A DNA stretch of 55,533 bases, from contig CAZOQP010000003.1 of assembly GCA_964582295.1 (NCBI GenBank), forward strand, positions 1-55,533, given 5' to 3'. This document shows, piece by piece, positions 46,220 through 55,533 of the stretch; the stretch's first letter is position 1; each line of letters opens with the position of its first letter. The DNA comes from an uncultured Candidatus Saccharibacteria bacterium. Its GTDB lineage: Bacteria; Patescibacteriota; Minisyncoccia; Phycocordibacterales; Zambryskibacteraceae. Under the pieces are notes generated by a model. That model ran no database searches. It saw only the letters and a program-made list of their open reading frames with translations, and had not been told where the DNA came from. The position numbers and the translations under genes are program-made.

Positions 46220-48043
46220 ATGAAAGAACATTCAAATCATTCTCCCGAGCCATCTATATTTCGCTACATTGAAGCGATGGTCAAAAAAATCCTGGATGGT
46301 TCTCTTTTCCGTCGTCTGCATTTCCTCAACCGCCGTATTCATATGCCGGGTCACATGGGCATCCTCCGCGCGGCAAAACTTTTTTCCGTAACGGAGCGCA
46401 TCGTGTTTTTCATTCTCGCCTGCCTCATGATAATTTCAGCGGGAGTTCTCACCTTACGTGCGAACGGAGCATTTCTAGTAGGAGTTCCCTCTCACGGAGG
46501 CACACTCCGTGAAGGGATCATTGGCACACCGCGCTTCATAAATCCGGTGCTTGCAATAAGCGACACCGACAAAGACATAACTGCCTTGGTTTTCTCGGGA
46601 CTCTTGAGACCTAAAATAGGCGGCGGATATGAGAACAACCTCGCAAGCTCATACGAACTATCGGAAGACGGTAAAACATACACTGTTCGTTTGGACCCAG
46701 GCGCCAGATTCCACGACAACACATTCGTAACAGCAGACGACGTGGTATTCACGGTAGAGAAAATCAAGGATCCTATGCTCAAAAGCCCGAGGCGTGGGGA
46801 CTGGGAAGGCGTTAGCGTTGAAAGATCAGACGAACGCACCGTTTTATTCCACCTGAAGAAACCATACGCTCCTTTTCTTGAGAACCTCACTCTGGGTATT
46901 CTGCCGAAGAGCATCTGGAGCAAAGTGAGCATAGATGAATTCCCGTGGAGCGAATTCAATCTTCAGGCAATAGGCAGCGGCCCGTATAAAGTGGAGAAGA
47001 TTACCCGCAATTCTGGTGGCATCCCCTCTGAGATTACTCTCCGCTCATTTGAAGAATATGTGAGAGGTGAACCCTATATATCCAGAATAAAAACTATTTT
47101 TTATCCAAACGAGAACAAAGCGGTCTCGGCGCTCATCGGAGGCGACGTTGAATCCTTGGGCGGGGTTTCATTCGGAACCGCAGAGATACTGGCACGGCGC
47201 GGCTTCCATATTGAGACAGCTATACTCCCGCGTGTATTTGCACTCTTCTTTAATCAGAACCACCAGAAGGTATTGGCAGACAAGAATGTGCGCCAGGCCC
47301 TGGCCATGGCAGTGCCGCGTGAAAAAATAGTCTCTGAAAGTCTTTTGGGATACGCCATACCCGTTGACGGCCCCTTGCCTGAAATGGCTGAAAATATTTC
47401 GTATGAAAACCGCTTAACGGACGCGGCAGCACTTTTGGATAAAGCCGGATATGTGCTCACAGGTTCTTCAACAGTAAGGGCTAAAACCACCGGCACCGGC
47501 AAAAATAAAGTTTCTACCCCTCTTTCATTCACCATCGCCACAGCAGACACCCCCGACCTCACTGCGGCTGCGGAAAAACTTGCGGAAGGATACCGTGCAC
47601 TCGGTGTTGACGTAAGTGTGCGCGTATATGAATCAGGCGATCTTCAGCAAAATATCATACGCAGCCGTGAATATGACGCCCTGCTTTTCGGAGAAGTGGT
47701 CGGGCGCGAGCGCGACCTTTTCCCTTTCTGGCATTCATCCGAACGTTTTGATCCCGGACTCAACATTGCTTTGTATGCCAACAGCGCGGCCGACAAGCTT
47801 CTTGACAAATTGCGGTCAGAAAGCGATACTTTGGAACAACAGGAAATTCTCGCTTCGCTCCGTAAAGAATTTACAGCAGACGCACCGGCAGCATTCATCT
47901 TTGCCCCGAAATACGTCTATGTAGTGCCGGAGAGACTAAAGAGAGTCGCCCTAGAGTCTGTCAATCATGGCTCGGAGAGATTTGCAGGAGTGAGAGAGTG
48001 GTATATAGACACCAACACAGTATGGAAACTTTTCGCTAACTGA
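46220..48043 (+). CDS. Peptide ABC transporter substrate-binding protein (family 5)
   Basis: GGTLREG, FHD..VTADDVVFT, IGSGPY, VRQALAMA. Confidence 0.9.
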   Translation: MKEHSNHSPEPSIFRYIEAMVKKILDGSLFRRLHFLNRRIHMPGHMGILRAAKLFSVTERIVFFILACLMIISAGVLTLRANGAFLVGVPSHGGTLREGIIGTPRFINPVLAISDTDKDITALVFSGLLRPKIGGGYENNLASSYELSEDGKTYTVRLDPGARFHDNTFVTADDVVFTVEKIKDPMLKSPRRGDWEGVSVERSDERTVLFHLKKPYAPFLENLTLGILPKSIWSKVSIDEFPWSEFNLQAIGSGPYKVEKITRNSGGIPSEITLRSFEEYVRGEPYISRIKTIFYPNENKAVSALIGGDVESLGGVSFGTAEILARRGFHIETAILPRVFALFFNQNHQKVLADKNVRQALAMAVPREKIVSESLLGYAIPVDGPLPEMAENISYENRLTDAAALLDKAGYVLTGSSTVRAKTTGTGKNKVSTPLSFTIATADTPDLTAAAEKLAEGYRALGVDVSVRVYESGDLQQNIIRSREYDALLFGEVVGRERDLFPFWHSSERFDPGLNIALYANSAADKLLDKLRSESDTLEQQEILASLRKEFTADAPAAFIFAPKYVYVVPERLKRVALESVNHGSERFAGVREWYIDTNTVWKLFAN

Positions 48044-48098
48044 TTCGACCTCAATTAACATTTTGCATTTATTCGCACGTTCGATCTAATCAGTAATC

Positions 48099-50051
48099 AT
48101 GGAACCACAATCACAAGGAGCGGGAGGAACACCCCGCAGCAATTCGGGAGCACCGCGCACCCCGCGTTTTCGCCGCGCATACAACTCATCAAGGGGTGCC
48201 CCTGCGGCATCAGCACCTTCTTCAGCTCCGGGCCATAGGCCGCCCGCTGGCGCCCCTGCCCGATCAAAATCTTTTTCCCGTCGCCCCCAGCGCGGCCGCA
48301 GCTTCCGCCCGGCGCTCCCTAAAGAGGGCTTCACTCTCCCCCGCCTGCCGCGTGATGAAAAGAAATACGACGTTATTCCACCAATAGGTGATGCCATTCG
48401 CATCGTGCCTTTGGGCGGCGTTGAAGAAGTGGGCCGTAATATGACAGCTATTGAATATAAAGACGACATCATCATCGTGGACGCCGGTTTCCAATTCAAA
48501 GAGGAAGACACCCCGGGCGTTGATTACATATTGCCGAACACCACATATCTTGAAGAGAGAAAAGAAAAGATACGTGCACTCTTCCTCACTCACGGTCACC
48601 TAGACCACATAGGCGGCATTCCTTATATGATAGACCGCCTCGGCTACCCCACCATCTACACACGCCAGTTCGGTGCCATTATGGTTGAAAAGCGCCAGGA
48701 GGAATTCCCCCACCTTAAGAAACTGGATATAAAAGTAATTGAAGGCAACGAAGCCATCACCTTGGGATCACTCCGGGTGAAAACTTTCCCTATTTCTCAC
48801 ACCATCCCCGATTCAATGGGAATTGTTATTGAAACACCTTTCGGCAACATCGTTTTCATTGAGGACGTGCGCGTGGACAATGTGAAAGGCGTACCAACGG
48901 AAGAAGAAGTGGAGCAATACAAGCGCTTCAAGGATATGGATGTGCTTCTTCTCACCATGGACTCAACCTCAATTGAAAAGCCGGGCTTTTCTCTTTCGGA
49001 GAATGTGGTCATAGAAAACCTTCAGAGATTCATCAGGGAAGCACCTAGCCGCCTTATCATCAGCACTTTCGCAAGCCAGGTGGAGCGCATCATGGCAATT
49101 ATCAAAGCCGCGGAGGACTCCAATAAAAAGATAATAGTAGAAGGCAGGAGCATGAAAACCAATCTGGACATCATCCGCCACCTGAAACTTATAGACGTGA
49201 AGAACATTATTCCTTTGGAGGATATAGATAATTATCCGCCGGACAGGATAGTGATGCTTGCAACAGGCGCACAGGGCGAAGAATTCGCAGCTCTCATGAG
49301 AATTGCCAACAAGACCCACAAGAAAGTTCAGCTGAAATCCACCGACACAGTGCTTCTTTCTTCTTCCATAGTGCCAAGCAACTACAACTCTGTCATAAAG
49401 CTTAAGGACAATCTTTACCGCTCGGGTGCGAAGATAGTCACTTATATGGATTCCGACATTCACGCATCAGGCCACGGCAACCGCGATGAACTGAAGTGGA
49501 TACATAACCAGATGAAATACCGCTTCTTCATGCCGGTTCACGGAAACCACTACATGCTTCGCCAGCACGCGGAACTTGCATACACACTCGGAGTGGCAAA
49601 AGAAAACGTAGTGATACCCGACAACGGCTCAATAATAGAGATAAGAGACGAAGGAAAAACCATTACAGTACTAAAAGAGAAAGCTCCATCTGAAGATGTG
49701 ATGGTTGACGGATTCTCCATCGGAGGGGTGCAGGAAGTGGTAATGAGGGACAGGAAAACACTCGCCGAGGATGGCATCTTTGTTATCGTGGCGACCATTA
49801 ATGTGAAGACCGGCAAACTCAGAAAATCACCGGACATCATTTCACGTGGATTCGTATATTTGCGTGAATCACAGGACCTTCTCAATCAGACCCGCCTCGT
49901 CATAAAAAGAGCGATAGAGCGCTCGACCCAGGGAATAAGCCCTGTTAACTTTGACTATGTCAAAGATACCGTCACCGAAGAAGTCTCGCGTTTCCTCTTC
50001 CAGAAAACCGCCAAGAAACCGATTGTGATACCTGTGGTGTTGGGTATATAA
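48099..50051 (+). CDS. rnj: Ribonuclease J with a long basic N-terminal extension
   Basis: PLGGVEEVGRN, THGHLDHIGG, HTIPDS, FASQVER, HASGHG, PVHG. Confidence 0.95.
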   Translation: MEPQSQGAGGTPRSNSGAPRTPRFRRAYNSSRGAPAASAPSSAPGHRPPAGAPARSKSFSRRPQRGRSFRPALPKEGFTLPRLPRDEKKYDVIPPIGDAIRIVPLGGVEEVGRNMTAIEYKDDIIIVDAGFQFKEEDTPGVDYILPNTTYLEERKEKIRALFLTHGHLDHIGGIPYMIDRLGYPTIYTRQFGAIMVEKRQEEFPHLKKLDIKVIEGNEAITLGSLRVKTFPISHTIPDSMGIVIETPFGNIVFIEDVRVDNVKGVPTEEEVEQYKRFKDMDVLLLTMDSTSIEKPGFSLSENVVIENLQRFIREAPSRLIISTFASQVERIMAIIKAAEDSNKKIIVEGRSMKTNLDIIRHLKLIDVKNIIPLEDIDNYPPDRIVMLATGAQGEEFAALMRIANKTHKKVQLKSTDTVLLSSSIVPSNYNSVIKLKDNLYRSGAKIVTYMDSDIHASGHGNRDELKWIHNQMKYRFFMPVHGNHYMLRQHAELAYTLGVAKENVVIPDNGSIIEIRDEGKTITVLKEKAPSEDVMVDGFSIGGVQEVVMRDRKTLAEDGIFVIVATINVKTGKLRKSPDIISRGFVYLRESQDLLNQTRLVIKRAIERSTQGISPVNFDYVKDTVTEEVSRFLFQKTAKKPIVIPVVLGI

Positions 50052-50060
50052 ACTCCGCTC

Positions 50061-50186
50061 GCCGTGCCTTTCGGCGTACACGCATAACCCTGGCCAGCGC
50101 CAGGGTTTGCTGTTACTCGGCTCGCCAGTTTGCTTACGCAAACACCATGCTGGCTTCGCCTCCGCACGTACGGCGAAAGGCACGGC
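50061..50186. repeat. Multi-hairpin element with a 13-bp terminal inverted repeat (REP/MITE-like)
   Basis: gccgtgcctttcg ... cgaaaggcacggc enclosing two inner hairpins. Confidence 0.65.
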
Positions 50187-50211
50187 TCGCTCCAAAGTTA
50201 AGCGACAACGA

Positions 50212-50244
50212 AAAATCTCCGTAGGACTGTCCTACGGAGATTTT
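50212..50244. repeat. Palindrome related to 23302-23326
   Basis: aaaatctccgtaggac-t-gtcctacggagatttt. Confidence 0.85.
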
Positions 50245-50450
50245 GATTAGGTGATGACGCCAGAGCGGAATAGCTAGTGATTGCTAAGCTTCAACACCAC
50301 CCCGCCAAACAGGAGCCCGGCGGCAACAACGTGTAAACAACAAACGAGTAAAGCCGGCTTTTCTTTTATTCCCGCCCAAAAATCCAGGCCGATAAAAATA
50401 AAAGCTAAGCAGAGGACTGTGTTTCCGTACATTGTATGCCCCGAGCAGAG
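50245..50450 (+). ncRNA. Putative ~200-nt rod-shaped ncRNA (6S-like; GGTGATGACG family)
   Basis: Nested pairings GCGGAA/TTCCGT, TGCTAAGCTT/AAGCTAAGCA, AGCCCGGC/GCCGGCT around a central open region; GGAGCC and CCCGCC motifs. Confidence 0.5.
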
Positions 50451-50568
50451 CCCGTTTTGAGTGTTTGCTTCTTTGGATATTACATACCCACTCCCTTATC
50501 CTGTCAAATGAGAGATAGGTGGGCATAAAAGAGTAGCACCTGGAAGCTAAGAGCTATAAGCTATATCC

Positions 50569-51735
50569 ATGCGTCTTATCTCCCGGCTTCATTCAAAAGG
50601 TCTTCTTTCTCGCAATAAAAGATTCATCCCTGTTTACGCTGCCGCATTCCTTGTATCCCTCCACTACGCACTGGTTATTTATGTAAATTCCTCTTACCTC
50701 GGTACTTTCTTCTCATCTTTTGAAACAGCAGTTCTTTTCGGCCTGGGCGCCACTTTATTTTTAATAACTCTCCTTTCGGCGGAAAGTATACTTTCCACCT
50801 TTCCTGTCTCTCGTCTTTTTATTGGAACTATCATCGCTGAGGTGGCAGCCGTGTGGCTTCTCATGGGGAGTTTCTCACCATCCCTTGTCGCCGTCGGCTT
50901 CATTCTTCACCAGGGTGCTTTGGGCTTCCTTGTATATCTTCTGGATATTTTTCTTGAGCGGGAGATAAGAGATGAAGGCACTACCGGGGAGAAGCGCGGC
51001 ATTTTCCTCACCTTCTCCAATTTAGCTTTCGTGTTTGCACCCGTATTCGCCGGATTCATGATAGACCGCGCCGGCTTTTCTAGTCTTTATACCGTTTCGC
51101 TTGTCATCATCCTTCTTCTTTTACCTTTCCACTGGAGTTCGCGCATTAGAGCCCACACTATTCCCCGCCCGCACCACAAATTAAGCCCGGATCTTCGTCT
51201 GGGCACTTTTTTAAGTTTTCTTCTTCAATTCTTCTATGGATGGATGGTTGTTTGGAGCCCCATCTATCTCATCTCCGTAATGGGTTTTTCCTGGAGCATT
51301 GTCGGCGTAATGTTCTCTATCGCGCTCCTGCCCTTCATTCTTTTTGAATTACCTTTGGGAGAGCTAGCAGATCATATGTTCGGGGAAAAAGAGATCATAG
51401 CTATAGGATTTTTTATATCGGCTCTTGCACTTATATCCATAAGCGCTATCCATGTCGCCTCCTTTGTAGGGTTAACTCTCGCCCTTTTCATGACTAGGAC
51501 AGGTGCAGCGGCAATAGAAGTGGGAAGTGAATCTTACTTCTTCAAGCACGTTTCGGGGCATGACGCAGGCACTATCGGGCTTTTCCGCACCATGCGCCCG
51601 ATTTCCATGATGGTGGCACCCCTCGCGGGAGCATTGGCTATTTACGCCGTGGGCTTTCGCTCCTCTTTCATTATCCTGGCCGCCATTATGGCCGCCGGCT
51701 CATTCGTAGCTTTGCGCCTCAAAGATACTAAATAA
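50569..51735 (+). CDS. MFS transporter
   Basis: ~12 hydrophobic segments, GELADHMFGEK loop motif. Confidence 0.88.
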   Translation: MRLISRLHSKGLLSRNKRFIPVYAAAFLVSLHYALVIYVNSSYLGTFFSSFETAVLFGLGATLFLITLLSAESILSTFPVSRLFIGTIIAEVAAVWLLMGSFSPSLVAVGFILHQGALGFLVYLLDIFLEREIRDEGTTGEKRGIFLTFSNLAFVFAPVFAGFMIDRAGFSSLYTVSLVIILLLLPFHWSSRIRAHTIPRPHHKLSPDLRLGTFLSFLLQFFYGWMVVWSPIYLISVMGFSWSIVGVMFSIALLPFILFELPLGELADHMFGEKEIIAIGFFISALALISISAIHVASFVGLTLALFMTRTGAAAIEVGSESYFFKHVSGHDAGTIGLFRTMRPISMMVAPLAGALAIYAVGFRSSFIILAAIMAAGSFVALRLKDTK

Positions 51736-51760
51736 AATAAGTAATTTTAAAGTTGGATTT

Positions 51761-52318
51761 TTACTCCGCGGGAATGTAATTAACGGGTATCACCACTTCT
51801 TCGTCGCGAGCAGGATCGCCTGAAGGATTATCTTTCTTCAATACGAAAAACAAAGTGCCTCCTGCAGTTCCTTCCGGTACATCTATACTCCCTTCAAATG
51901 GCACGAATTCTGTCGTCATCCACTCCCCCTGCGCTTGAGCTGGCACTATCGCGATCACGCTCCCTGTAGCACTTCGGAGTTCCACAGGAAAAGATGCCTC
52001 AAAATACCATGTGCCTCTCGCCTGTCCGGAAAAAGAAATTACAGGCCCCACGCTTGCTCCGGGTGTCGGGAAAAATACGCGCACTTTTTCATTTGTAATA
52101 CTGCCTGAAGGCGTCCCCACATCTTCAGTGAATACGTTGCCGGAAGCATCGCGACAGCGGCGCGGAAAGGATTCTTCCACTGGAAATCCTGCTTCCGCAC
52201 ACGAAAGAAAAGACGTCACGGGTGCTTCACCGCGTTTCTTCAAAGCATTGAGCGATGCGAAAGAGCCGGCAATGAAAAGAAGGACTATTAAAAACACGAA
52301 TGCGCCGGTGTACTTCAT
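51761..52318 (-). CDS. Exported protein with a Gmad2 immunoglobulin-like domain
   Basis: SFLSCAEAGFPVEESFPRRC, GQARGTWYFEASFPV, KDNPSG. Confidence 0.8.
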   Translation of the reverse strand: MKYTGAFVFLIVLLFIAGSFASLNALKKRGEAPVTSFLSCAEAGFPVEESFPRRCRDASGNVFTEDVGTPSGSITNEKVRVFFPTPGASVGPVISFSGQARGTWYFEASFPVELRSATGSVIAIVPAQAQGEWMTTEFVPFEGSIDVPEGTAGGTLFFVLKKDNPSGDPARDEEVVIPVNYIPAE

Positions 52319-52325
52319 GTGTAAT

Positions 52326-53471
52326 TTATTGACGATTATTGGAAATAAGACGAACGTTCTGCAGCTTTTCAAGCGCCACCCTTATCATACATCCCACAGA
52401 CATGAGGAATATGGCAGCCCGTACAACGATACCTAGAACAGGTATAGAGCCGAGCGCCATAATTACGACGCATCCCAAAAGAATAGCTTTCCATGAAACA
52501 AGATCGTTCTTTTTCATCCATATCTTAAGGGTCGTCCCCACAAGAATAGGCATGAAAGCCACGGCCGCGATGACGAAGATGATACTCAAAGCGATCACCG
52601 CAAAAGCGATAGGAAGACCGATGACGGTCATGAAAAGGAGTAGTACGGAAATGGGCGCACCTATCAGGAAAAGGAAGCCGGCCAAAATATTCTGCCATGG
52701 GTTTCCCCTCGCACGGCGCGAAAGCAGGGTCATTCCTTCCTTGCCTATAGCGTAAAGGATCATGGACGATACAAAGAGGGCTATGAAATTAACAGTGAGC
52801 CACGAGCTCCATATAAAGGAGAGCGTATTCTGGCTCGGTCGATTTATGTTGGCCTCAGTAAAGGTAGTCGCCCCCGTTATGACAGCGTTCGGATCAATAA
52901 CGGCTTCACGTACGGATTTATACGAAAGAGAACCGGTGATACGGGTATTCGGACCTATGCGCAGGCGGTTCGTTAACACTTCCACATTTCCTGCAACCGG
53001 ACCATTTATGAAAACTTCAGCTGCTGAAATGCGAAGATTACCGGCAACCGGTGCTGAAATAGAAACATTATTTCCCGCGAGCATGGCGTCTCCCGCAACA
53101 GTCGTGCCGTCAACCACACGAATGGTATTTCCCACCACAGACAGATCTCCTCCAACCACGCTAGCTGTCACTACATTGAATCCCGCAAGCCGCAAATCCC
53201 CCCCCACGGTAGCAACGATATTTAAAGTGCCACCTAAAAGAAAAGCATCTTCGCTTATCTTATTGTTCACAAAAACATTTCCTCCAGCACCCAAAACGTC
53301 TCCCTCCACGTTCCCTATAAGAGTAAATTGCTGGCCTGCAGCATACAGATTTTCGAGGATATCAGACCCTTTTGGGATCATATAGCTCTTGTCCCACTCT
53401 ATGACAGCAGCATGAGCACTAGCTATATATAAAAGCGAGGCGAGTAGCAAAATCGAGAGGAGGGGTTTCAT
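52326..53471 (-). CDS. Secreted/membrane protein with a beta-helical (bactofilin-like) repeat domain and C-terminal TM helices
   Basis: Signal peptide, repeated V.GD/GN units, about 5 C-terminal TMs; start uncertain. Confidence 0.8.
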   Translation of the reverse strand: MKPLLSILLLASLLYIASAHAAVIEWDKSYMIPKGSDILENLYAAGQQFTLIGNVEGDVLGAGGNVFVNNKISEDAFLLGGTLNIVATVGGDLRLAGFNVVTASVVGGDLSVVGNTIRVVDGTTVAGDAMLAGNNVSISAPVAGNLRISAAEVFINGPVAGNVEVLTNRLRIGPNTRITGSLSYKSVREAVIDPNAVITGATTFTEANINRPSQNTLSFIWSSWLTVNFIALFVSSMILYAIGKEGMTLLSRRARGNPWQNILAGFLFLIGAPISVLLLFMTVIGLPIAFAVIALSIIFVIAAVAFMPILVGTTLKIWMKKNDLVSWKAILLGCVVIMALGSIPVLGIVVRAAIFLMSVGCMIRVALEKLQNVRLISNNRQ

Positions 53472-53590
53472 TTGAGCCATTATACACCTCATCCTTCAAT
53501 AGTTGAGCTTGTTTGGATGAGTAAACTTAATGGCTAATTTTAAAATCGCTAGACAAGTAAACTCAGCTTATTTAAAATGCTTGTCGTTAC

Positions 53591-54460
53591 ATGAAACATA
53601 GCAGAAAGAGCGCCCGTATTGCGCTTGTTTTAATTGCGTTTTTTTTCATCACCGTTCCAGCCATAGGATGGATAGCGTCTTCAATATCCCCCAATTCTTC
53701 CCTACCAGCTGAAATTGAGAACTATACTGTTTCGGCATCCGCCCAGGAGGAACCATCCATACCAGACACATTCACTACGACGGCCACGGAGGAGATTTCT
53801 GTCACATCTGAAATTTCTTCTGATGCTGATACTGAAGAGCTTGTTTCAACTGAAGAGGTAAAGCCAACTCCTGAGCCGGAGCCTGCTACTGCGACCACTG
53901 TAGAGCTGGAGGTTAAAAAGGAAGTCACTCCGGCCGTAAAAACAGCCCCCGCCCAGATAGCCCCCAAGCAGGCACCTGTTGCTCCAAAAAAGACCACACT
54001 TGCGGTTGTTGCAAACCCCGCCACTCCGGTACGTGTATCCATTCCATCCATCAGTCTCAATTCTCCGGTAGTGGGTGTAGGCCAGAATGAGAAAGGAGAA
54101 ATGGATGTGCCAGGCGGCAAAACAAATAACGTCGGCTGGTACAAATATGGAACCGTTCCGGGCAATCCGGGAAGTGCGGTTTTAGATGCTCACGTCTTCG
54201 CAGCTTTCTCCGAACTTAAATACGTGAAGAAAGGAAGCGATATTTATGTAACGACAGCAGACGGTATGAAGCTCCACTTTGTTGTCTCCCATGTGCAAAC
54301 CTACGCATTGAGCGACTTGTCCCCTGAAACTCTTTTCGCACCATCAGGAGAGCGCCTTCTTAATCTTATAACCTGCGCCGGCTCCCCTACTGCCGACGGC
54401 TCCACATACACTCACCGTCTTGTGGTGTACACCAAATTCGTTGGCGCCGAAGTGGCATAA
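53591..54460 (+). CDS. Class F sortase with an N-terminal anchor and long Thr/Glu/Pro/Ala linker
   Basis: VGWY, PGNPGSAVLDAH, LNLITC, HRLVV. Confidence 0.9.
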   Translation: MKHSRKSARIALVLIAFFFITVPAIGWIASSISPNSSLPAEIENYTVSASAQEEPSIPDTFTTTATEEISVTSEISSDADTEELVSTEEVKPTPEPEPATATTVELEVKKEVTPAVKTAPAQIAPKQAPVAPKKTTLAVVANPATPVRVSIPSISLNSPVVGVGQNEKGEMDVPGGKTNNVGWYKYGTVPGNPGSAVLDAHVFAAFSELKYVKKGSDIYVTTADGMKLHFVVSHVQTYALSDLSPETLFAPSGERLLNLITCAGSPTADGSTYTHRLVVYTKFVGAEVA

Positions 54461-54474
54461 GCCATTTTATTCTC

Positions 54475-54786
54475 CTACCAGACCTTATAAATTTCTCTTG
54501 AGCCGGAGACGTACATCTCGTTCATATCTTTGAACTTTGCCATCATTTGCGGGTTCTTAGATTCCTCCTCCATCTGCTTTTTGCCGTCTTCTTCATATAC
54601 AGCAAGATTCTCGTGGGTGGAAACCATAATGACTCTGTGAAATTGCCCCGTCATGTCAGTCATAACATAAATACCCCCACCTTTTCCGGTTTCTTTACTC
54701 GTCATATCCGCCCACTCCTTAAAGAGCCTCGCCAACTTGCTCGCATTGCCCGGCTTGCAAACGAAAATATTGTGTACGATTATCAT
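54475..54786 (-). CDS. Hypothetical protein (NIPSNAP/dimeric alpha-beta barrel-like)
   Basis: FVCKPG, MTDMTGQF, GSREIY pattern. Confidence 0.7.
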   Translation of the reverse strand: MIIVHNIFVCKPGNASKLARLFKEWADMTSKETGKGGGIYVMTDMTGQFHRVIMVSTHENLAVYEEDGKKQMEEESKNPQMMAKFKDMNEMYVSGSREIYKVW

Positions 54787-54862
54787 TTTTATTTATTTAG
54801 AGATTAATAAAGCCACTATATCAAACGTATAGTGGACAAGATAATTTCAGACTGGGTAAAAA

Positions 54863-55006
54863 CTATTTAGAAGACTTTTTCTTCTTACGCACAGGGTTCA
54901 TTCTTGCGTTCTTTACGGCGCCCTCCATCCTCGGCGGTGTAGTGAGATGTTTCTCCTTACGCAGTATCTCCTTTTTATCTATTGTATTTTTATCGTTATT
55001 TATCAC
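54863..55006 (-). CDS. Possible small basic protein (47 aa), absent from the ORF track
   Basis: GTG...TAG reading MINNDKNTIDKKEILRKEKHLTTPPRMEGAVKNARMNPVRKKKKSSK; fills the gap between two minus-strand genes. Confidence 0.4.
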   Translation of the reverse strand: MINNDKNTIDKKEILRKEKHLTTPPRMEGAVKNARMNPVRKKKKSSK

Positions 55007-55043
55007 TCCTACATATGACGTAAAACTTCCCTAATTTTAACTT

Positions 55044-55511
55044 TTATTTATGCCGTCTCTCGGCAAGTTTGATAAAAAGCTCTTGGGTTTCAGTAGAAAA
55101 TCCATTTCTGTAATCATGTAAAAACAAATCTCTAACCTCAAGTTGGTAAAGTTTAAGATTTGACAGCTTATCTATCTCAATCCACATCGATTCATACACC
55201 TGATCCCCACTTTTCATCTGCTCAAACTCCCCAGAATCTTCCCTCAGTTTTGGTTCACCTGATAAATATTCACAGAGATAAAAGAAGCTTTCCTCTCCCG
55301 TGTCCCAGGTGATGTGATAGGCAAGTTTTCCGGGTACAACTTTTACTGTAGTCTCCTCATCTATCTCGCGAACAGCAGTCTGATCTGGGGTTTCACCTTC
55401 CTCCTGCCCTCCACCAGGAAATACCCAATACTCATCCCCCTTGTTGATTCGGTGCATGACCAAAACTTTATTGTCCTTAATAACTATTCCTGCTGAGCGG
55501 TTTCGGTTCAT
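55044..55511 (-). CDS. NUDIX hydrolase
   Basis: FPGGGQEEGETPDQTAVREIDEET Nudix box. Confidence 0.93.
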   Translation of the reverse strand: MNRNRSAGIVIKDNKVLVMHRINKGDEYWVFPGGGQEEGETPDQTAVREIDEETTVKVVPGKLAYHITWDTGEESFFYLCEYLSGEPKLREDSGEFEQMKSGDQVYESMWIEIDKLSNLKLYQLEVRDLFLHDYRNGFSTETQELFIKLAERRHK

Positions 55512-55533
55512 TTGGTTATTTTATTCGGGCTGC

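Noticed and set aside
50163-50173. CGCACGTACGG resembles the 3' side of group II intron domain V
   Set aside because: No AGC/CGC triad with a compact domain V hairpin, no domain VI and no GTGCG start. The branched hairpin explains the sequence.
50250-50450. tmRNA, RNase P, SRP or group I intron identity for the ncRNA candidate
   Set aside because: Lacks a T-arm/CCA end, GAGGAAAGTCC, the SRP GGAA-loop helix and a complete P/Q/R/S set.
50485-50526. Imperfect hairpin upstream of the MFS gene as a riboswitch
   Set aside because: No recognisable aptamer consensus, and the MFS gene appears to have its own proximal -10 box.

Overview
A 55.5 kb, gene-dense stretch of bacterial chromosome, mostly housekeeping genes. 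It is most likely from a Patescibacteria/CPR (Parcubacteria-like) genome. This is inferred from the compact gene set, split transketolase cluster, NusB-NUDIX fusion, mostly leaderless genes and typical short palindromic repeats. TGA is used as a stop, so code 11 applies. The window holds translation genes (rpsP, rpmF, rpmE, rplY, rpsB, tsf, prfA, thrS, a monomeric organellar-type PheRS, tRNA-Thr, tRNA-Ser) and RNA/DNA metabolism genes (rnr, rnc, rnhB, rnj, dnaE, gyrB, a short SMC, class Ic ribonucleotide reductase). It also holds a pentose-phosphate/glycolysis cluster, groES/EL, lemA-htpX, secG and several envelope proteins. I saw no integrase, transposase or CRISPR array. The most unusual signal is non-coding: a family of at least three related structured elements starting GGTGATGACG (1-83, 23330-23490, 50245-50450). 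Two share an identical 45-nt block, one folds like a 6S-type rod, and the two complete copies sit next to the same palindrome. Several short palindromic repeats also occur, some inserted in-frame inside enzymes. All calls come from motif recognition by eye; no database searches or folding programs were run.
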